NCBI GenBank assembly: GCA_019058015.1
Contig: JAHLWH010000086.1
Span: 1-13,958 of the forward strand
Direction of reading: 5' to 3'
Length of the DNA stretch: 13,958 nt
DNA from: Promethearchaeota archaeon
GTDB taxonomy: Archaea; Asgardarchaeota; Lokiarchaeia; Sigyniarchaeales; SOKP01
The notes under the pieces are model-generated. The model was not told the DNA's origin. It made no database searches and worked only from the letters and a program-made list of their open reading frames with translations. Shown piece after piece: positions 1 through 8,715 of this stretch. How positions within the stretch are numbered: the first letter of the stretch is position 1; every line of letters starts with the position of its first letter. Position numbers and translations under genes: made by a program.

Positions 1-2
1 AT

Positions 3-389
3 GTTATTCTATTTAAAGCTGGATTAAAATTCGAAGGTCGACGTGATTCAGGTCTTAATGCAATTTTTGATATAGCATTTGTGAACATTGGTGGTCTTAT
101 TTCCTATTTCTTCTATCATTTGTTTTGTGAGACTCAGGGATTTCATTACAATCTGTATATGGCGATACTTTTAATTATTTCCTCAATTGTAATTGTTTTA
201 TTCATTGGTTTTAGAAAAAAAGTTATCAATTATTCTTTAAATAAAAGATTTGAAAAATTAACCGGTTATGATGAGGAATTAAAGGAAAACTTTTACCTAG
301 CACAGATTTATAGCGAGTTGCTTGAAGAAAAGTTAGAAAATGTTAAAAAGAAAGTTAAATCTAAAAAAATAGACATCGATTTACTTTAA
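3..389 (+). CDS. Hypothetical membrane protein, 3' part only (5'-truncated by window edge)
   Basis: The frame of the listed 81..389 ORF is open back to base 3 (VILFKAGLKFEGRRDSGLNAIFDIAFVNIGG...), so the GTG at 81 is probably internal. Two hydrophobic segments are followed by a charged tail. TAA stop. Confidence 0.7.
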   Translation, partial: VILFKAGLKFEGRRDSGLNAIFDIAFVNIGGLISYFFYHLFCETQGFHYNLYMAILLIISSIVIVLFIGFRKKVINYSLNKRFEKLTGYDEELKENFYLAQIYSELLEEKLENVKKKVKSKKIDIDLL

Positions 390-428
390 ATTAGTCGAAT
401 TTAATTAAAAAAATAAATAGAATTAAAA

Positions 429-1382
429 CTAGAAATTGCTATAAGTCATAAATTTTTGCTCGCTACCTACTGCATATATTTCGAATTTCTTCCCTTTTTT
501 ACTCTCACAAAAAATTTGTATTAGAGGGAATACATAGATTGGACTTTTAATCTTATAGTCTTTGTCTTTTTCAAATTTCTGATAGTCATTTGCAGCTTTT
601 TTGACTACTTTGGATATATTTTTATTATAGTAACCAAGGTTTGGCTCAATGGTTTTATCAGATAATTCCTTTACATTAGTAAATTTAATTCCTTCAACTG
701 ATTCAATTAATTCTCCTAATTCCTCCCCTATTTGCTTTTCATATTTCGTTGGAGCACTTGAATAGAGCTTTGGAACATTAGTCATTTTAGATATGAAAGG
801 TACAGGTAATTTTTTCCATTTAAATGTTGTTCCGTATCCATCACATGTTTTACATTTGTTTCTAATCACTCCAGTTTTATAACAAACATTGCAATTATAC
901 TTGAACGGTTTTTTCTCTTTTTTTGCTTCAGCGCCAGTTAATACTATCATATCGGTTGTTTTAGTGCCATTGGTACATTCTTTGCATTTTGTCTCGGTAT
1001 ACCCTTTTCCTTTACAATCACTGCAGGGCACTTGTTCAATTGTTTCATACATTGGCACAATATCAGGACCTTTCCATTTACTTTTTTCAATTTTAGCCCC
1101 TCTTAATGAATAAAAAGTATTTTTGCTTAGTTCTTTTATATCCCCACGTTCTTCTTTCTGATCTTTAGAGGTTTCTACTTTCTGTTCGATTAAAAAGTAG
1201 ATGGAGGCTTCTTTCATGGTTTCTTTTACCGTTTCACCAGCAGAAATAGTATCAAGTGAAAATACTGCACCTTTAGTTCCAAATTGCTTTTCTAATTCTT
1301 TTTTCTTTTGTTTATATGCTTTTTGTTTCCATTTATTGAAAATATCATCTATATTTGGACTTTTAATTCTAACATCAGGCAT
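429..1382 (-). CDS. DnaJ-type (CxxCxGxG) zinc-finger protein without a J domain; SSUH2-like architecture
   Basis: 317 aa with four Cys pairs: CSDCKGKG, CKECTNG, CNVCYKTG, CKTCDGYG. No HPD motif. Beta-rich C-terminus IYVFPLIQIFCESKKGKKFEIYAVG. TAG stop. Confidence 0.75.
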   Translation of the reverse strand: MPDVRIKSPNIDDIFNKWKQKAYKQKKKELEKQFGTKGAVFSLDTISAGETVKETMKEASIYFLIEQKVETSKDQKEERGDIKELSKNTFYSLRGAKIEKSKWKGPDIVPMYETIEQVPCSDCKGKGYTETKCKECTNGTKTTDMIVLTGAEAKKEKKPFKYNCNVCYKTGVIRNKCKTCDGYGTTFKWKKLPVPFISKMTNVPKLYSSAPTKYEKQIGEELGELIESVEGIKFTNVKELSDKTIEPNLGYYNKNISKVVKKAANDYQKFEKDKDYKIKSPIYVFPLIQIFCESKKGKKFEIYAVGSEQKFMTYSNF

Positions 1383-1521
1383 TTAATCTCGCTTAAAATT
1401 ATATTTTAAAATTGTAATATATTAAATTAGAAATTAATAATTATATATTTTATTTCCATACAAAATAACTCGATAAAAAAAGTAATAAATAATTAAGAAT
1501 TAAATAAGTTTGAAAACATAT

Positions 1522-1533
1522 TAATTATATATT
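1522..1533 (+). promoter_or_regulatory. Candidate archaeal TATA box for the small ORF at 1553
   Basis: TAATTATATATT lies 20-31 nt upstream of ATG 1553. The same 12-mer occurs at 1438-1449 in this divergent intergenic region. Confidence 0.35.
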
Positions 1534-1552
1534 CAAAAGGGATGATAAGATA

Positions 1553-1714
1553 ATGTCCGATGTCGATAAACAATCTGTTGAATATTTTTTAGAGTGGATA
1601 AAAAGTGGGGGTCTATCTCAATGGATTGAACACTTTCTTAATAGTGGTGATGAACTTAAATTAAGACAAATTCTCGATATTTTTAATCGAATTAAAACCA
1701 TATTCGGATTTTAG
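1553..1714 (+). CDS. Small hypothetical protein, 53 aa (not in the ORF track)
   Basis: Hand translation: MSDVDKQSVEYFLEWIKSGGLSQWIEHFLNSGDELKLRQILDIFNRIKTIFGF-TAG. Purine-rich AAGGGATGA upstream, higher GC than the flanks, amphipathic helical pattern, and it fills an otherwise 450-nt gap. Confidence 0.7.
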   Translation: MSDVDKQSVEYFLEWIKSGGLSQWIEHFLNSGDELKLRQILDIFNRIKTIFGF

Positions 1715-1832
1715 CTAATCAAATTTTCGTTCTTATTTTCCTAAATTCACTCATTTTCAAGAAAAGGTTATTATTGATAAATATTTTATAAATTCATATT
1801 TATAGATTTAGTCATTATTTTGGGACAGCAAA

Positions 1833-4496
1833 TTGGTTTCAATTAATAAAGATTTTTTTATTGTTCTTGATAGAAATCCATTATTTACAAAAAAAGAAAT
1901 ATTTACAGTTTATTTATTCTATCTAAAACGAAAAACTGGTAGGCAATTAATTTATTCTAGTCAGCCATTTTTTAAGGGGAAATTGGTATTTGGATTAGAC
2001 CTTAAAAATAAAATCCGTCCAGTGAAATTTGAAAAATATCTCAAAGGAGGAACTAAACCTGTTGATCCGAAATTATTTAAAGAATTTTTAAAATCTAATA
2101 AAAATAAATTTGTAGCAATCTCAGACCAAACAGATATAAAAAATTTGAAATCTTTAATGGAAATGCTAAAATCCTTCCAGTTTAATAGAATTGAGCGCTT
2201 AACACTCTGTAATTCATGTCTAAACAATAATAAATTTACCTTATTGGATAAATCAGAAATTATCCGTTCTTTTAAGAATCAATTAATATGTCCTAATTGC
2301 GCACTTTCTCTTATTACTAATGAATTGAAAATGCGAGATATTGATATTAATCCAAAATTAAAAGATTTCTTGAAACATTTAATTTTAAAATTTAAGAATG
2401 TTAAAAAAATATTAACTACTTTCACCCCAAATTTCAATCCAGTAAAAAATTCTGATTTAACTTTATATGATTTATTAGAAAAAAGGAAAGAGGGAGAAAG
2501 AGAATATAAATTAACTATTAATGAAATTGATCTTCCAGATGAGTTTAAGGAACTATTAAAAAAAGAAGGATATGGAGAACTACTCCCAATTCAAATTAAA
2601 TCTATAGAATCAGAATTACTCGATGCAAGTAAAAATATTAATTTGATGATTGTATCACAGACTTCTTCTGGGAAAACTTTAATTGCCGAATTAGCTGGTA
2701 TAAAGAAGATATTAATGAATAGAGAAAATCGGATGTTATATTTAGTCCCGATTGTGGCGTTAGCTAATTTACGTTATGAGGAATTTAAAGAAAGATATAA
2801 CAAATTAGGGATCAACGTTGCGATAAGAGTCGGAAAGTCAATAATTGGAGAAGATTATTCTTATGATTCTGGAAAAATTAGAGATTCTCAAATTATTGTG
2901 GGAACTTATGAAGCGCTTGATTTTTTCCTTAGAAGTGGAAATCCCCAGGAATTAGGTGAATTTAAAACAATTATTGTTGATGAAATTCAAAATTTGGGGG
3001 ATTCTGAAAGAGGATTCATCATTGATGGGTTAATTTCTAGATTGAAATCATTATTTCTTCCCAATAAATGTCAATATTTATATTTAAGTGCAACTGTTGG
3101 AAAACCAGAAGATATCGCAACTGAATTGAATGCCAAATTAATAAGATACAGTGAACGGCCAGTTCCCGTTGAAAGGCATCTATTATTATGTTTAAATGAA
3201 CACGAAAAAAATAAAAATATGTCTAAACTTATAAAGCATGAATTTTCTAAAGTTTCAAATTACGGATTTAAGGGCCAAACAATTATATTTACTAATTCTA
3301 GAAAGAATTGTCATACCTTAAGCGAATATCTAAGAAGCCAAGGAATTAAAATCGAAGCATATCACGCAGGATTGACATATAAGGAAAAAAAAGAAATTGA
3401 AGATTTATTCCTTAAACAGAAGATATCTGCTGTAGTTACTACCGCCGCACTTGCAGCTGGTGTAGATTTTCCTGCAAGTCAGGTTATATTTGATTCTCTT
3501 GCAATGGGGATCAATTGGCTAAAAGTATCAGAATTTGAGCAAATGTATGGCAGAGCTGGACGGTTTAAAAAGCATGATCTCGGCAAGACTTATCTTTTAG
3601 TTATACCCAATCGAATTTTTAATTTAAGAAATAAAGAAACCGAGGAAAAGGTCGCACTTCATTTATTAAATGGTAAACTTGAACCAATTGAAGTTGAACC
3701 AGATGAAGATCGAATGCTTACTGAACTTTTATCATTTATTACCATGAAAAAATCTTCACAATATGAGGATATCCGTGAGTTTCAAGAGAATTTAATTAAT
3801 AATGATTATTTGTTAGATGATTTTTTGAAAGTTCTTATACAAAAGAAATTGATAAATAAAGAAGATTCTTTATATAAAGCTAATAAATTAGGAACTGCGA
3901 TCTCTACGTCTTTTTTGACAATTAATGAAGCATTATTAATCAAAGATCAAATATTTATTGAGAAAATTCCATTAGTAACTATTACTTTGAATTTAGAGCC
4001 CTTGAAAAATGTATATGTTAGCAATAAGATTGTTTCTGAGGTCTCAAAAAGCATAAATGCTAAATATGTGTCTAATCAGTTATTTTCCGGAACTATACTT
4101 TCAATTATGGAAAGTAGAAATTATAAAAGGAGAAAAAGTTTTCCAAAATTTTTAATAGATATTTTGACAAATTGGATTAAAATCTTATTTAATTGTGAAT
4201 GCAAAGATGCACCATATTGTGATTGCGGTCTGAATAATCTCCAAAACCTGATGTTCTCATTAAGAATCGATAAGAAATATTCAATTGATGATATTTACTA
4301 TTATCTATTAAAGGAGTTTGAGATTATTATATATCGAGGTGATTTGATTGATTTTTTTGAAAGTCTAATACATTCTTTTCAAACGATTAAAAATATCTGT
4401 GAATCGCTAAAATTGAATGACGATATAAAAGAGAAATTATTATTTATTCCAAAAATGATTGAAAAAATTAAAGATCCAAAAATTTCAAACAATTAA
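1833..4496 (+). CDS. Archaea-specific Ski2-like SF2 (DEAD/DEAH-box) helicase (ASH-Ski2 / DUF5814-type)
   Basis: Q motif LLPIQ, motif I SQTSSGKT, Ia LVPIVALAN, II DEIQ, III SAT, YHAGL, V TAALAAGVDFPA, VI QMYGRAGR. N-terminal CxxC...CxxC and C-terminal CECKDAPYCDCG Cys clusters are typical of this archaeal subfamily. TTG start. Confidence 0.88.
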   Translation: MVSINKDFFIVLDRNPLFTKKEIFTVYLFYLKRKTGRQLIYSSQPFFKGKLVFGLDLKNKIRPVKFEKYLKGGTKPVDPKLFKEFLKSNKNKFVAISDQTDIKNLKSLMEMLKSFQFNRIERLTLCNSCLNNNKFTLLDKSEIIRSFKNQLICPNCALSLITNELKMRDIDINPKLKDFLKHLILKFKNVKKILTTFTPNFNPVKNSDLTLYDLLEKRKEGEREYKLTINEIDLPDEFKELLKKEGYGELLPIQIKSIESELLDASKNINLMIVSQTSSGKTLIAELAGIKKILMNRENRMLYLVPIVALANLRYEEFKERYNKLGINVAIRVGKSIIGEDYSYDSGKIRDSQIIVGTYEALDFFLRSGNPQELGEFKTIIVDEIQNLGDSERGFIIDGLISRLKSLFLPNKCQYLYLSATVGKPEDIATELNAKLIRYSERPVPVERHLLLCLNEHEKNKNMSKLIKHEFSKVSNYGFKGQTIIFTNSRKNCHTLSEYLRSQGIKIEAYHAGLTYKEKKEIEDLFLKQKISAVVTTAALAAGVDFPASQVIFDSLAMGINWLKVSEFEQMYGRAGRFKKHDLGKTYLLVIPNRIFNLRNKETEEKVALHLLNGKLEPIEVEPDEDRMLTELLSFITMKKSSQYEDIREFQENLINNDYLLDDFLKVLIQKKLINKEDSLYKANKLGTAISTSFLTINEALLIKDQIFIEKIPLVTITLNLEPLKNVYVSNKIVSEVSKSINAKYVSNQLFSGTILSIMESRNYKRRKSFPKFLIDILTNWIKILFNCECKDAPYCDCGLNNLQNLMFSLRIDKKYSIDDIYYYLLKEFEIIIYRGDLIDFFESLIHSFQTIKNICESLKLNDDIKEKLLFIPKMIEKIKDPKISNN

Positions 4497-4556
4497 ATTA
4501 TATATGGATGATATACTAATTATTTATTAATATGTAGAAGTCTTTCCAATAGAGAT

Positions 4557-5510
4557 ATGCTTTATAGTATTTTTCTTTATGAATCCAATTCTGGATTATT
4601 GATGTTTGATAAGAGTTTTCAAAGGATAAGTCATGGCAAAATGGAGTTATTCTCGTCGTTTTTCTCGGCGATTAAAAGCTTTATTCAAGAAATGTTATTA
4701 GAAGGCTCAAAGAATTTAAAGAATATTGAGCTCGGGAATTATGTCATAAAAATTACTACAATACCGGAGCTTAATGTCGATCTTGTTTTAATTATAGACC
4801 AAGAAGATAATAAAAAAGCTAATAGACTTATTCCAAAAATAATTAAAATTTTATTAAAACATCAGGAAATGTTCGTGGAGTGGAATGGAAATAGAAATCT
4901 ATTCGATATTTTAGATCATCCAATTACCCAGTTAATTGCTACTGAAAAATCTTTAATTGATGAGAAAACTCTTACTGATAATCAAATGGATATTTTAAAA
5001 TCAATATGGAAACAAAAAGGAAAAATTTCACCCCAAAAACTCGAGGATTTATTAAAAGAAAAGCAATTCCTAGAGGAACGTTTGAATGTACTCGAAAATT
5101 TAATAAGAAAACAAAATATAATCGAAAAACTCATAGAAATAACGAATCAATTAAAAGATGATACGGAATATTTACAGTATCAGAATAAACTTCAACAAGT
5201 ATATAAAGATATCGATGATACAAAATTTAAAATTAAATATTATTTACAAAGAGCAAAAGAATCTTTAAGTGAGTCTTTAAAAAAAATTGGTCAGAAACCT
5301 CTTATTGAGGGAGAATATAGAGACACATATTTAAATCTATATTCTTTTGGTTCAAAAATTCAAAAAATATCTTCTGGAAATGAGTATCAGAAATTTAAAG
5401 AAATGGCAAAAATGTTACTTGAAAAAGACGCGAACCGAGAATCAGAATTTGCTCAAGTTATAAAAGATATCCTAAAATTAAAAGAGGAAGATATTAAAGA
5501 TTATTTATAA
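4557..5510 (+). CDS. Longin-like N-terminal domain protein with helical/coiled-coil C-terminus (Asgard eukaryotic-signature type)
   Basis: The first ~125 aa follow the beta-beta-alpha-beta-beta-beta-alpha-alpha longin pattern (YSIFLYESNSGLLMF; LFSSFFSAIKSFIQEM; IELGNYVIKI; LVLIID). Heptad-rich K/E/Q/L helices follow. Confidence 0.7.
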   Translation: MLYSIFLYESNSGLLMFDKSFQRISHGKMELFSSFFSAIKSFIQEMLLEGSKNLKNIELGNYVIKITTIPELNVDLVLIIDQEDNKKANRLIPKIIKILLKHQEMFVEWNGNRNLFDILDHPITQLIATEKSLIDEKTLTDNQMDILKSIWKQKGKISPQKLEDLLKEKQFLEERLNVLENLIRKQNIIEKLIEITNQLKDDTEYLQYQNKLQQVYKDIDDTKFKIKYYLQRAKESLSESLKKIGQKPLIEGEYRDTYLNLYSFGSKIQKISSGNEYQKFKEMAKMLLEKDANRESEFAQVIKDILKLKEEDIKDYL

Positions 5511-5526
5511 ATAAAGCTTACTTTAT
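5511..5526. terminator. Short inverted repeat between convergent genes (possible bidirectional terminator)
   Basis: ATAAAG-CTTA-CTTTAT occupies 16 of the 18 nt between the two convergent stop codons. The stem is weak and AT-rich. Confidence 0.25.
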
Positions 5527-5528
5527 AT

Positions 5529-6716
5529 TTATACTGTAGTAAAAATTTCAACAACATCTTCATTTTGAAGTAAATAATTGATTCCTACTCTTTTTTTATT
5601 CATAATTGAACCTTTTCTGTAGACTACGGCATATTTGAAGTATTTATAAAAACTTTTATGTATTTTTAATGCAATATCTTTAACAGTTGAATCATTATTA
5701 ACAATTAAAGGTGGTTCAGCTATTTTATTTCCTGATTTGGTAAAAATTTTAATCTTATTGAGAAATTCTAAAATATTATTACCAAAATCCATAAACCCTT
5801 CACCTTTTTTTCCACTAACACCAATGATTAATGGAAATTTATTTTTATATTTCTTTTTTAATAAATCAAATTGATTCTGAGTATTAGACAAATCGCCTTT
5901 AGTTCCTAAAATGATCATTTTTTTATATGCAATTGATTGATTTAATGCATCTGATACCATTTCCAAATTAATTTTTCCATGGATTTTTACTACTGCATTA
6001 TGGATACCACTTTCCTTTACTATTTGCTTAATATCTTCGTCCATATTCAAATATTTTTTTGCCTCTTCGGTTAAATAATATACTTGAATTTTATTAGAAC
6101 CCGTTTTTTCAATTTCAATTGGTGGTGATGTTATATTAATTCGGATATTTGCCTTGCTAAATTCACTTAATAATAACTCCATTTGTTTTTGGATGCCTCT
6201 ACTTAAATCAATACATATGCATATTAAATCTGCAGAGCGAACAGCCGATAATATTTCAGTTCCATGACCCACACCTTTTGAGGCGCCTTCCATAATTGCA
6301 GGCATGTCAACAATCTGAAATTTTATTTTATTAAATTTATAGATTCCTACCTGGGGAATAGGTGTGAATTTACCGATATTTTCATATTTTGCTCCTGTTA
6401 AATGATGAAAAATTGTTGTTTTTCCCGCTCCCAGCGTATTATAGTCGCTAATTAATATTACTTGAATTCCCTCTGATTTTACTGAGAAAGGACTAATTCT
6501 GGAGCTAAGTTTCTTTTGTCTTTTCTTGTTAGACTCCAGTTCACCTTTTAATTTAACTAATCTTGTTCTATTTAAAGCAACAATTTTTTCCGTTGCCTTA
6601 TGCTTTGGAACTAAGGATATGAATTCTTCTAGTTTTTTAATTTTTTCTTCAAGTGATTTTGCATCCAAATATTCTGCATATTTAGCTTTAGCCTCGGAAC
6701 CGATATTGGAACTCAG
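5529..6716 (-). CDS. OBG-family DRG-like GTP-binding protein with C-terminal TGS domain (start extended to CTG 6716, 395 aa)
   Basis: PKHKATEK N-terminal motif, G1-like GAGKTT, QIVDMPA, GASKGVGHG, VRSADL, G4 TKGD, and TGS domain TVKDIALKIH...RVGINYLLQNEDVVEI. Family-like sequence (SSNIGSEAKAKYAEY) continues 16 codons upstream of the listed TTG 6668. Confidence 0.85.
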   Translation of the reverse strand: MSSNIGSEAKAKYAEYLDAKSLEEKIKKLEEFISLVPKHKATEKIVALNRTRLVKLKGELESNKKRQKKLSSRISPFSVKSEGIQVILISDYNTLGAGKTTIFHHLTGAKYENIGKFTPIPQVGIYKFNKIKFQIVDMPAIMEGASKGVGHGTEILSAVRSADLICICIDLSRGIQKQMELLLSEFSKANIRINITSPPIEIEKTGSNKIQVYYLTEEAKKYLNMDEDIKQIVKESGIHNAVVKIHGKINLEMVSDALNQSIAYKKMIILGTKGDLSNTQNQFDLLKKKYKNKFPLIIGVSGKKGEGFMDFGNNILEFLNKIKIFTKSGNKIAEPPLIVNNDSTVKDIALKIHKSFYKYFKYAVVYRKGSIMNKKRVGINYLLQNEDVVEIFTTV

Positions 6717-6758
6717 AGTATTTTTCCCATTCTACTTTAAATATTTTTAATTGAATTT

Positions 6759-7214
6759 TTATAATATTGATCTAAATCGATCTTCTTCTTTAAGCTTCAA
6801 ATCGCCAAGGATCTCATCGATTAAAGATATAAATTTTTTGAAATATTTAGGTTTTTTTGAAAAGATATCATTTATTGAGTATCTGTTGGTAAATCTATTA
6901 GAAACTTGAATTAATTGTTCTTTCACAATTTCTACGGCAAGTTTTTTATCAATAATTGCATAAGAAATTAGGGGTAGGGTATCTTCAGGAGTTGCGACTC
7001 CTGGTAGTGCTAATGGAATAGAAACACAAACTAACTTAAATGAAGCAAGTGATATGGTATCGATATCGTCGCCCATGACTTCGTGACTAAATCCATCAAG
7101 TGCTTGGAGAAATCCGGCTCTTAAATTTGGATCAAGTTGTTCGGGGGAGCTATAATATTTAATTTGAATTAAATTTCTATTTCCTAAATTAATTCCAGCT
7201 TCATATATTGGCAT
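6759..7214 (-). CDS. Stand-alone longin-like domain protein (Asgard type)
   Basis: 151 aa with the pattern IYEAGI / LIQIKYY / DPNLRAGFLQALDGFSHEV / IDTISLASFKLV / ISYAIID and two terminal helices. Confidence 0.65.
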   Translation of the reverse strand: MPIYEAGINLGNRNLIQIKYYSSPEQLDPNLRAGFLQALDGFSHEVMGDDIDTISLASFKLVCVSIPLALPGVATPEDTLPLISYAIIDKKLAVEIVKEQLIQVSNRFTNRYSINDIFSKKPKYFKKFISLIDEILGDLKLKEEDRFRSIL

Positions 7215-7476
7215 AGGGGCCTATTTTATTGAAAATTTTAAAATTATAATTAAAATAATCAAGTAATAAATAAATTATGATTTTATAAAATATTTCTATT
7301 CTGATTCTTTTAAACATTTCAAACGATTTTTGAAAGTAATGAAGATAATATTTCATTGATTAAAAGATTATTTCAAAGATTTCTTAGTAAATGATATATC
7401 TCCCTTTGCAAAAGATAGAGATGAGACCTATGGATTAATACATAAGATTTATGGTGAGCTTGACTTAAATGTGGCC

Positions 7477-8355
7477 TTAATCTTTACTGAAATGGTCTTT
7501 ATAAGCATTATAAGTATTTTGCATAAGCATATGAGTCGTCATTGGTCCTACTCCTCCGGGAACTGGCGTTATTCTTGAAACTTTTGGAAGGACATTTTCA
7601 AAATCTGTATCACCATATAAATGTCCATCGATGCGCGTAATTCCCACGTCAATAATCACAACTCCTTCTTTAATCTGATCAGCCTTTATAAATTTCGGCT
7701 TTCCTACTGCAACAATTAAAATATCGGCGTTCTTAATATATTTATTTATGTCTTTAGTTTTAGTATGGCAAACACTGATTGTAGCATTTCTTTTTAATAG
7801 CATAAAAATCAAGGGCTTCCCAACAAGCCTACTTCTATTGATAATTGTTACATCTTTTCCAGAGAGCTCAATATTATAATATTCCAATAACTTAATGATG
7901 CCTTTTGGAGTACAAGGACTCAAATATTCATTATAATTGAATAAATTTCCTGAATTTAAGGGGTGTAATCCATCAACATCTTTATTTGGATCAATTGCAG
8001 CTAAAAATTGGTTCGTATCATCTATTAGATCTTGTGGGAGGGGTAATTGCAATAAAATTCCATGAACGGAAGGATCAGTATTTAATCGATTTATTTCATT
8101 TAAAAGTTGATTTTTATTAACATTTTTATCTAATTCTATGGATACACTTTCAATATTAACTTTATTGCAGATTCTTTTTTTAATATTAAGATATACTTTT
8201 GAAGCCGGATTATCTCCTACAAGGATAGTAGCTAATTTTGGTTTAATTCCAGATTTCTTGATATCTTTCTTAACCTGCTGTTTCAGTTTTTGATTTAATT
8301 CTTCTGCTAATTTTTTTCCATCTATAATTTTTTCTTTTTGCATATTGATGTTCAT
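7477..8355 (-). CDS. folD: Bifunctional methylenetetrahydrofolate dehydrogenase/cyclohydrolase
   Basis: IIDGK, LATILVGDNPAS, HGILLQLPLP, KDVDG, PCTPKG, RSRLVGKP, IDVG, ITPVPGGVGPMT. The true start may be the ATG at 8343. Confidence 0.97.
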   Translation of the reverse strand: MNINMQKEKIIDGKKLAEELNQKLKQQVKKDIKKSGIKPKLATILVGDNPASKVYLNIKKRICNKVNIESVSIELDKNVNKNQLLNEINRLNTDPSVHGILLQLPLPQDLIDDTNQFLAAIDPNKDVDGLHPLNSGNLFNYNEYLSPCTPKGIIKLLEYYNIELSGKDVTIINRSRLVGKPLIFMLLKRNATISVCHTKTKDINKYIKNADILIVAVGKPKFIKADQIKEGVVIIDVGITRIDGHLYGDTDFENVLPKVSRITPVPGGVGPMTTHMLMQNTYNAYKDHFSKD

Positions 8356-8625
8356 TTTAAATCTCTTTAAACACTTATTGAGTCTCTATTTAAAATTTCT
8401 ATTAATTCTTAAAGAATTGGCTTAATTTAATTTACTTATTTTTTAAACTTTACAATTATGCCACTAATAAAATCAATAATATTTTATTTTTTCTCTGTTA
8501 GCAATTATGATATACTTATAAACTTAATTCTAATAAAAATCATTAACAATTTTAAAATAATAAGTATTAAATAAAAAATCTAAATAAATTGTTTAAATTG
8601 CTAATCGAACCTAACTTAATAATGC

Positions 8626-8708
8626 TTTAAATATATATATCTTTCATTTTTACTTAAATTATTATAAGTTAAATAATTAGAGAATCAAAAAAAATTAATT
8701 ATTAGGAG
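8626..8708 (+). promoter_or_regulatory. Candidate promoter, palindromic operator and ribosome-binding site of the lysine fermentation operon
   Basis: TTTAAATATA TATA-like element from 8626; imperfect palindrome TTTTACTTA-N8-TAAGTTAAA at 8648-8673; AGGAG at 8704-8708, 7 nt before ATG 8716. Confidence 0.45.
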
Positions 8709-8715
8709 ATAAATA

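Noticed and set aside
429-1382. Calling the Zn-finger gene dnaJ
   Set aside because: No J domain/HPD motif or G/F-rich region; only the Cys repeats are shared.
1833-4496. Helicase as a defence-system or Hel308 gene
   Set aside because: The N- and C-terminal Cys clusters fit the housekeeping archaea-specific Ski2-like group, and no nuclease, methylase or cas genes are adjacent.
8356-8715. Lysine riboswitch or other structured ncRNA upstream of kal
   Set aside because: The region is extremely AT-rich and lacks the GC-containing stems such an RNA needs.
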